Virus record (IMG/VR): IMGVR_UViG_2901966883_000003
Source: a virus
Taxonomy: Duplodnaviria > Caudoviricetes
DNA: 64,000 nucleotides
Reading direction: 5' to 3' (one strand)
Below the pieces are notes generated by a model. That model was not told the origin of the DNA. It did no database searches and saw nothing but the letters and a program-made list of their open reading frames with translations. Both the position numbers and the translations under genes were made by a program. This document shows, piece by piece, positions 58,117 to 64,000 of this stretch (the first letter of the stretch is position 1; the number at the start of each line of letters is the position of its first letter).

Positions 58117-60279
58117 TTGGATTTTACAGATAGGGAATTAATGAAAGGTAGTAACAACCACGTTCTACCTAATATCATTAGTGATTTAAGTGTAAAACCA
58201 GATAGTAGAATTGGTGAAGTTCTAAGACAACCAATCAGAAATATTGATACAGTTGTACAGGTTATTAATCGTGATGGGTCTGTATATCAAACAATCGAAG
58301 GTAAGGCTATATCTGGTAATATCTCAATAGACGCAACATCGCTTACTAGACGTACAGGTTCACTTACTTTAGCGGTTGATAAAGACTATCTACCTAAATC
58401 TGGAGGTATAGCATGGTTTGATAAGCAGTTTAAGTTATATCAAAGCATTATTGATATGGGGTCTTATAATAAAGAACCTATCAACTTCCTATTAGGTACG
58501 TTCGTTATCACAAATGAAAATCTAAGTATCAATACCACAAATAGTACGATTACCTTTACTTTAGAAGATAAGATGTCATTGTATGAAAATGCTACAACAG
58601 CATATCGAGTAAAGATACCTAGAGGACAAAAGATTGATAGTGCTATCCGTTCTGTTATGGAAGAAATGGGCGAAACAGTCTTTGGTAAAATGCACGAAAG
58701 TTCAGAACAAGAAGTAGTTCAATACGATTATATTAAGGAAATTGGGACAAGTAAACTTGATATAATTACAGACTTACGTGATATGTATATGGACTACACT
58801 TGTGGTTTTAATGTGCGTGGTGAGTTTGAATTTACTAAGATTGATGTACAAAAGGAAGATGAAGTTACACCAGCTAAATGGGACTTTGACCCAACAGGAG
58901 CAGATAGGTCTGATTTAATGGTTTCATTTTCAGAAGATTATAACTTTAAAGGGTTATATAATCATATTGTTGTATTTGGTGGTACATCATCTAAGACAAG
59001 GTACACTCCTTATGCAGAAGTTGGTTTAACCGACCCTAGTGTTCCTTACAATATTGACGCTATTGGTATGAGAACTAAAGTTGTGCAAAACAATGATTTA
59101 AGTGATGATATTCAATGCGTATCAGAAGCTAAGTATCATTTATGGCAAACAGCCCATTTACAAGAAACATGTGATATAACAACAGTTCCTATTTATGTAT
59201 TAGATGGCAAGGATATTATTACCATTGTTAATCCAGTAACCAAAGAAAAGAACAGATACATTATTGATAAGATAGGTATTGATTTTGGTGTAGACGGTAT
59301 TATGACTATTAATACACATAAATTACACTATGTACGTACTTCTTATGGAGATGTTGAGTCACCATTTGTTAAGACAATCAAGAACGGTATTGATAAGTTG
59401 GGTTGGTTATCGCTTGGCGAACAACGTATCAAAGATTGTTATGGTATCAGTGGTTCTGGTAAGAATATCATTCGTGTTCGTTTCTTCTCAGAAGAAGAAG
59501 GTGGCGAACAGGCTTATGTTCAAGGCTATCCAACAACTAAAGTTCAAACACTTGGTATTGATATACGAGATTTCAGAAATATCATTAAGAACAGCCAAAA
59601 TGGTGAAGTTCCTAATCGTTCTCGTGGTGACTATTTAGATAGAGTTCTAGCTCATGAAATGTTTCATGGTGTTTGCAATGATTACTATGGCTTTGACAAG
59701 GCTGCGGATATGCCACAATGGTTTAAAGAAGGATTTGCTGAATTTATTCATGGCGGTCGTGAACGTTACGAGTCATTAGATTATGATAGCTTTGCACAAA
59801 AGAAAAAGGCTTTAGTAGATAGAGCTGAATTGCAATTAAAAGGTGCATGGGGACAAAAGAATGGTTCGCAAACCATCGCTGTTTCAGAAGATTATACCAG
59901 TGCATTCTTGTTAGCTGCGACAATTTGGAAATTAGTTGGTAAAGACGGTATCAAGAAGATGTTTGAAGGCTTGCATGGAGAAGGTAACTTATGGTCTATA
60001 TTCCCTGTTAAGATATTAGAATTAGGTGGATATTTGGAAGTGCCTAAGAACCAAGAAGATAGAAATAATGATAAAGCTATACAAATCATTATTAATACCT
60101 TAAACAACTGGAATGATATTTGGAACTGGTTACAAGATAGTAAAGATAGAGATACTGTTTCAGTAGGTGGTATTCACTTTAATAACCTTTATGGAAAAGC
60201 ATTAGACGCTGATGAAGTATTTAATGAAGGTGAAGCTAAGACTGATAGTATTGGTTTTAAAATTGAATATGAATATTAA
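58117..60279 (+). CDS. tail/baseplate hub protein fused to a C-terminal gluzincin (flagellinolysin-like) metallopeptidase
   Basis: N-terminal hub-like domain (TRRTGSLTL); HEMFH...WFKEGFAE zinc motif. Confidence 0.8.
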   Translation: MDFTDRELMKGSNNHVLPNIISDLSVKPDSRIGEVLRQPIRNIDTVVQVINRDGSVYQTIEGKAISGNISIDATSLTRRTGSLTLAVDKDYLPKSGGIAWFDKQFKLYQSIIDMGSYNKEPINFLLGTFVITNENLSINTTNSTITFTLEDKMSLYENATTAYRVKIPRGQKIDSAIRSVMEEMGETVFGKMHESSEQEVVQYDYIKEIGTSKLDIITDLRDMYMDYTCGFNVRGEFEFTKIDVQKEDEVTPAKWDFDPTGADRSDLMVSFSEDYNFKGLYNHIVVFGGTSSKTRYTPYAEVGLTDPSVPYNIDAIGMRTKVVQNNDLSDDIQCVSEAKYHLWQTAHLQETCDITTVPIYVLDGKDIITIVNPVTKEKNRYIIDKIGIDFGVDGIMTINTHKLHYVRTSYGDVESPFVKTIKNGIDKLGWLSLGEQRIKDCYGISGSGKNIIRVRFFSEEEGGEQAYVQGYPTTKVQTLGIDIRDFRNIIKNSQNGEVPNRSRGDYLDRVLAHEMFHGVCNDYYGFDKAADMPQWFKEGFAEFIHGGRERYESLDYDSFAQKKKALVDRAELQLKGAWGQKNGSQTIAVSEDYTSAFLLAATIWKLVGKDGIKKMFEGLHGEGNLWSIFPVKILELGGYLEVPKNQEDRNNDKAIQIIINTLNNWNDIWNWLQDSKDRDTVSVGGIHFNNLYGKALDADEVFNEGEAKTDSIGFKIEYEY

Positions 60280-60375
60280 ATAATATTAAAAAAGTTTACT
60301 AATATCTATTGACTTTTAGTAAGTAATATGTTATAATAATTAAGTTAAATTTATGATAAGGTGGGGTAAGGCTTC

Positions 60376-61077
60376 GTGAGTAGAAGTGTGTTTCCTAATG
60401 GGATAGATACATTCCCAGAATTATTTGACCTACCTAGTGATAAGGTTAATGACGCTAACAGATTAACCGAATTGAAAGGTAAGGCAAGCTTAGATACAAA
60501 TGAACAAAATGAAATTAAAGCTCTAACAGCAAAATTACAAGACTATATGATTACTCCAGAACAATGGAATAGAATTACAGATTGTATGACTGCTTTAGAA
60601 ACATTTTTCGATAAAAATGTAAGGGGTTACATCTTGCAAAAGCAAGAAGAATGGCGACACTATGTTGACTCATTTAGATTTGTTGGTAATTGGACTAACC
60701 AAACTAAATACAGTTTCCAAAACTTAGTTAACTATCGTGGACATCTATTCTTAGTATTAAAAGATGTGGTTGCTGATAATAATCATACTCCAGATTTAAC
60801 CCCAGATACTTATCGTCAAGTTGCTTTTAAGGGCGATAAGGGTGATGTAGGTTTAAATGCTACATTCAAAGGCGATTGGAATGGTAGTACAACATATCAC
60901 TTAGGTGACGCAGTATTCAAAGATGGTATTGTGTTTGTAGCAAAGAATGATAGCACAGGTAAAGAACCTAATATCAATTCAGCAAACTGGTTTCCATATC
61001 CTCAATCTATTATTGTTGGGGATAGTAAGCCACAAAACCTACATCCAGCTATTAGCTATTTAGAAGTCTATAACTAA
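60376..61077 (+). CDS. baseplate protein with small carbohydrate-binding-like repeats
   Basis: G.W...T.Y..(N/G)xV repeated twice. Confidence 0.65.
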   Translation: MSRSVFPNGIDTFPELFDLPSDKVNDANRLTELKGKASLDTNEQNEIKALTAKLQDYMITPEQWNRITDCMTALETFFDKNVRGYILQKQEEWRHYVDSFRFVGNWTNQTKYSFQNLVNYRGHLFLVLKDVVADNNHTPDLTPDTYRQVAFKGDKGDVGLNATFKGDWNGSTTYHLGDAVFKDGIVFVAKNDSTGKEPNINSANWFPYPQSIIVGDSKPQNLHPAISYLEVYN

Positions 61078-61084
61078 AAAGTAG

Positions 61085-61483
61085 GTGAAACTCTTGAATG
61101 ATTTACAAAAAGGAATTATTGATACAGTAGATGTAGTAGTTGACTCTAAGGTTAGCCGACTAAACATTCCACAAACTTATGTAGGTGTAGTTGTACAAGA
61201 CCCAGAAGGCTACAAATGTATCGTAGAGATAAATAAAGTAGAAAGGACATGCACACTTCCCGAACACTTGCATAATTGGATTAGTAAAGATGACATTGTG
61301 TATGTACAAGACGCAATGGGCAATGGACAGGAATGGGTAGTAACTGGCTCATCTGGTTCAACACGTAAACAAACTATGGTTATCAGTAACAATCAAGAGG
61401 GTAAAGGTGATTTAGTAAGTGGAGTTACTAAATTTGCTGATGATAATGGTAATTTAACAGATAATGATTTAGTGATTAATTAA
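61085..61483 (+). CDS. hypothetical virion protein
   Basis: ORF track. Confidence 0.65.
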   Translation: MKLLNDLQKGIIDTVDVVVDSKVSRLNIPQTYVGVVVQDPEGYKCIVEINKVERTCTLPEHLHNWISKDDIVYVQDAMGNGQEWVVTGSSGSTRKQTMVISNNQEGKGDLVSGVTKFADDNGNLTDNDLVIN

Positions 61484-61502
61484 TAAGTAGGTGAAGAAAT
61501 AG

Positions 61503-62828
61503 TTGACCTTAATTAAGCGAACAAGGTACAGAATGGGAGATGATATCTTCTATTTTGATAATGACGCAGTAACAACTAAAGTATTAGACAATAATAAAAA
61601 TGAGTTAGGGACATTACAAGAGTATTTATTTGAAGGCAAGACTGTTACAAGTGGCAGCGTTACTGATATAAAGCACTCTGGAGTGTACAAAGTTAAAGGG
61701 TTGAGTGATTTACCTAGTGAAATTCCTAGCAACCAATACTCAATTCTTGAAGTAAAAGCCATTGGTAACCAAGATAACCCAGACGTAATCTTCTATAAAG
61801 TTACATCGCCATCTGGTGTATCTAAAGAAATGACCGTTTCTGGTTCTAATCGAAGTGGTTGGACTTTAGGTGGGGTTCAATTACAAAATGCTATTAATAG
61901 TTTAGATAGCCAAGTAGGTGAGTTGCGTGATTTAGAAACAGGGAACAAGTCTAGTTTGGTTAATGCTGTGAATGAATTGCAAAGCAAAATTGACACAGTA
62001 AACGACAATACGGACAGCGTTAATAGTGCTTTAAATGAATATAAAAAACACAACCATGATGACAGATATATCCGTAAAACAGGTACAGGTGATAGTTTCA
62101 AAGGCACATTAGTATTTGAAAATGGGGCTAACCTAGCATTTAGAAGTTCTACAGGTACAGCACCTAGTGTAATTAGTCGTAACGGTAATAACCTTGTATT
62201 TGGTAATGGTGAAATGGGATTGAATATTCAATCCAAAGGTGATGTTTACCTTAATGGACAAAAGGTTGTTACAACAGGTACGAACGGTTTAAATGCTGAT
62301 AAGGTTGGTGGAGTTGACGCTAACCTATATGCTCGTAAAGACCAAAATAATGATTGGTCTGGTGTTCAAACATATAGTAATGCAGCACCATTAAGATTTG
62401 TTGTAGGCAATGTACAAGGTTCTGCTATACCAATTCAATTCATGAGTGCCAAGAGTAACAAAGGTAATGTAGGTTATATTTCCAAGTCTGATGGTGATGG
62501 CATGTCTATTAGCCCAGATGGGAACAACGAATTGCTTGGTTTGTATAGCGATAGAACATATACAACAGGTCATTTGGTATTTGCTGGAGGTACTGAAAAG
62601 GATATTCGATTTGGTAACGGTCATATGGGCTTCTATTTCAAAGAAGATGGGAATGGTCGTTTAGGTGCATGGGACTGGAATAAGAACCGTCTCATCTGGC
62701 GATATGACACAGATACAAACTATATGGAAATGGGTGAAGCTCCTAAGTGGCAAGGACGTAGAATGTTCTTACAAGACCCACAACCACAAGGTGATGTTCC
62801 ATATGGTTCTATCTGGATTGGTTTCTAG
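61503..62828 (+). CDS. tail fibre or minor structural protein
   Basis: LET.NKSSLV.AVNE, HNHDDRY and GLNADKVGG fibre motifs. Confidence 0.75.
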   Translation: MTLIKRTRYRMGDDIFYFDNDAVTTKVLDNNKNELGTLQEYLFEGKTVTSGSVTDIKHSGVYKVKGLSDLPSEIPSNQYSILEVKAIGNQDNPDVIFYKVTSPSGVSKEMTVSGSNRSGWTLGGVQLQNAINSLDSQVGELRDLETGNKSSLVNAVNELQSKIDTVNDNTDSVNSALNEYKKHNHDDRYIRKTGTGDSFKGTLVFENGANLAFRSSTGTAPSVISRNGNNLVFGNGEMGLNIQSKGDVYLNGQKVVTTGTNGLNADKVGGVDANLYARKDQNNDWSGVQTYSNAAPLRFVVGNVQGSAIPIQFMSAKSNKGNVGYISKSDGDGMSISPDGNNELLGLYSDRTYTTGHLVFAGGTEKDIRFGNGHMGFYFKEDGNGRLGAWDWNKNRLIWRYDTDTNYMEMGEAPKWQGRRMFLQDPQPQGDVPYGSIWIGF

Positions 62829-62840
62829 GAGGTTGACGTA

Positions 62841-63524
62841 TTGGGAAAGGTAAAGATATGGAATAGTAGGGCTAATGACTGGTGGGACGTAGCTCATAAC
62901 ACTAGAATATGGAACGGTCATAACTGGCAAAAAGCTAAGATACGTGGCTGGGACGGACATAGATGGGTTATGTTGAGTGAAGAACGTCATGTAGACACAT
63001 GGGAAGCAACAGGAACGTGGAGTTTTTGGTCTGAATTGCATGGAAGACAAGCTAAAGGCTGGAGTGCTTTAGTCGCCCCCAACAAATTAGTTCAGGGTGA
63101 TTACTCGCCCTTTAGAGATAGCTGGGATTGGTCTTGCGAAACAAGTATGATGTGGTTTAATGATGGCGACATAAGAAGCAAGTTGGCTGGAGCTAGAATT
63201 GAGTCAGTTAAATTATATCTACACAATGAACACTGGTACTATTATGCTGGTGGCGTAGCTGTTGTTGGTACGCATAATAACCGTTCTGGTTGGGCTAACA
63301 CATTCCAAGAAAGTAACGCAGCAGTAGCACAAAAACGTATAGGCTATGGCGAAGGTTCATGGATAGACTTGCCAACTTGGGTAGGAGATAATTTTAGAGA
63401 TAATAAGTTATCTGGTCTAACCTTAGACGGTAATTATAGTAAAAATGGTCTGTATTATGGATTTTTCTCTGGTGCTAAAAGTGGTTGGAAAAGCCCTAAA
63501 TTACAAATAACTTATTGGAAGTAG
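62841..63524 (+). CDS. Trp-rich virion or receptor-binding protein
   Basis: KIWN...W N-terminus and PKLQITY C-terminus typical of fibre-tip proteins. Confidence 0.6.
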   Translation: MGKVKIWNSRANDWWDVAHNTRIWNGHNWQKAKIRGWDGHRWVMLSEERHVDTWEATGTWSFWSELHGRQAKGWSALVAPNKLVQGDYSPFRDSWDWSCETSMMWFNDGDIRSKLAGARIESVKLYLHNEHWYYYAGGVAVVGTHNNRSGWANTFQESNAAVAQKRIGYGEGSWIDLPTWVGDNFRDNKLSGLTLDGNYSKNGLYYGFFSGAKSGWKSPKLQITYWK

Positions 63525-63622
63525 CAAAAAACTTTATACCCAAAATATGAAGATTGATTGACTTTAGGTAATTATTCGAGGTAATATATTTATACCAAAT
63601 AATTACTAAGAGGTGACCGCTA

Positions 63623-64000
63623 TTGAGCAAAAAGAAGACACAAGAACAATGGGAAAAGGAATACAAAGCACTTGTGGGTGATGAGTACACATTCTTAGAA
63701 CCTTATCAAAAAGGGAATGTAAAAATCATGTGTAGGCATAACAAGTGTGGCAATGAGTGGAAAGTGACTCCACACCATTTCTTACATGACGTACGTTGCC
63801 CCAAGTGTAGGGTTGGTAGCAAGAAAAGCAACGAAAAATGGTTGAGTAAAGTTGAAGAACTTGTGGGAAATGAATATACTTTTTTAGAAGAATATGTAAG
63901 TAATAGAACTAAACTAAGATGTATTCATAATAAGTGTGGTAATGAATTTAAAATGTCGCCACATGATTTCTTAGACCCTAGAAGAAAATACAGATGTCCT
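63623..64000 (+). CDS. zinc-finger repeat protein, probable free-standing homing endonuclease (partial)
   Basis: TTG after GAGGTG; repeated H.KCGNE(W/F)..(T/S)P..FL....CP modules; nuclease domain not visible in window. Confidence 0.6.
   Translation, partial: MSKKKTQEQWEKEYKALVGDEYTFLEPYQKGNVKIMCRHNKCGNEWKVTPHHFLHDVRCPKCRVGSKKSNEKWLSKVEELVGNEYTFLEEYVSNRTKLRCIHNKCGNEFKMSPHDFLDPRRKYRCP

Noticed and set aside
17541-63690. Numerous short antisense or alternate-frame ORFs overlapping long genes
   Set aside because: Shadow frames with Ser/Leu/Phe-rich composition and no RBS.

Overview
AT-rich 64 kb segment of a large temperate siphovirus or phage-plasmid. The host is probably a lactobacillus-type Firmicute (inference). 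The virion module follows the SPbeta/c-st gene order. Left (1-6.3 kb): a leftward early operon of small, mostly acidic ORFs, with a truncated beta-clamp homologue and two tRNA-like elements. It is preceded by a ~500-nt pseudoknotted non-coding RNA, a boxA-like site, four tandem sigma-A promoters with GTAC-N7-GTAC operators and a divergent XRE repressor. 7.7-10 kb is non-coding and carries 51-bp-phased repeats and a perfect chromosomal-type parS. 10-17 kb is a plasmid-type module: ParA, three paralogous partner proteins, and RepA_N with probable antisense control. 19.5-64 kb holds HU, terminase, portal, protease/scaffold, capsid, a solo TnpB, tail genes, holin, a RelB/YafQ-type TA pair, a tyrosine recombinase, a 3139-aa tape measure, baseplate and fibre genes and a partial zinc-finger endonuclease-like gene. 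Highlights: (1) the terminase Walker A motif is split by two ORF-less group I introns flanking a 6-nt micro-exon; (2) a tail/baseplate protein is fused to a flagellinolysin-like HExxH metallopeptidase; (3) host-type cis elements (parS, cre, boxA, tRNA-like folds) suggest co-option of host machinery. All calls are by eye, without database searches.
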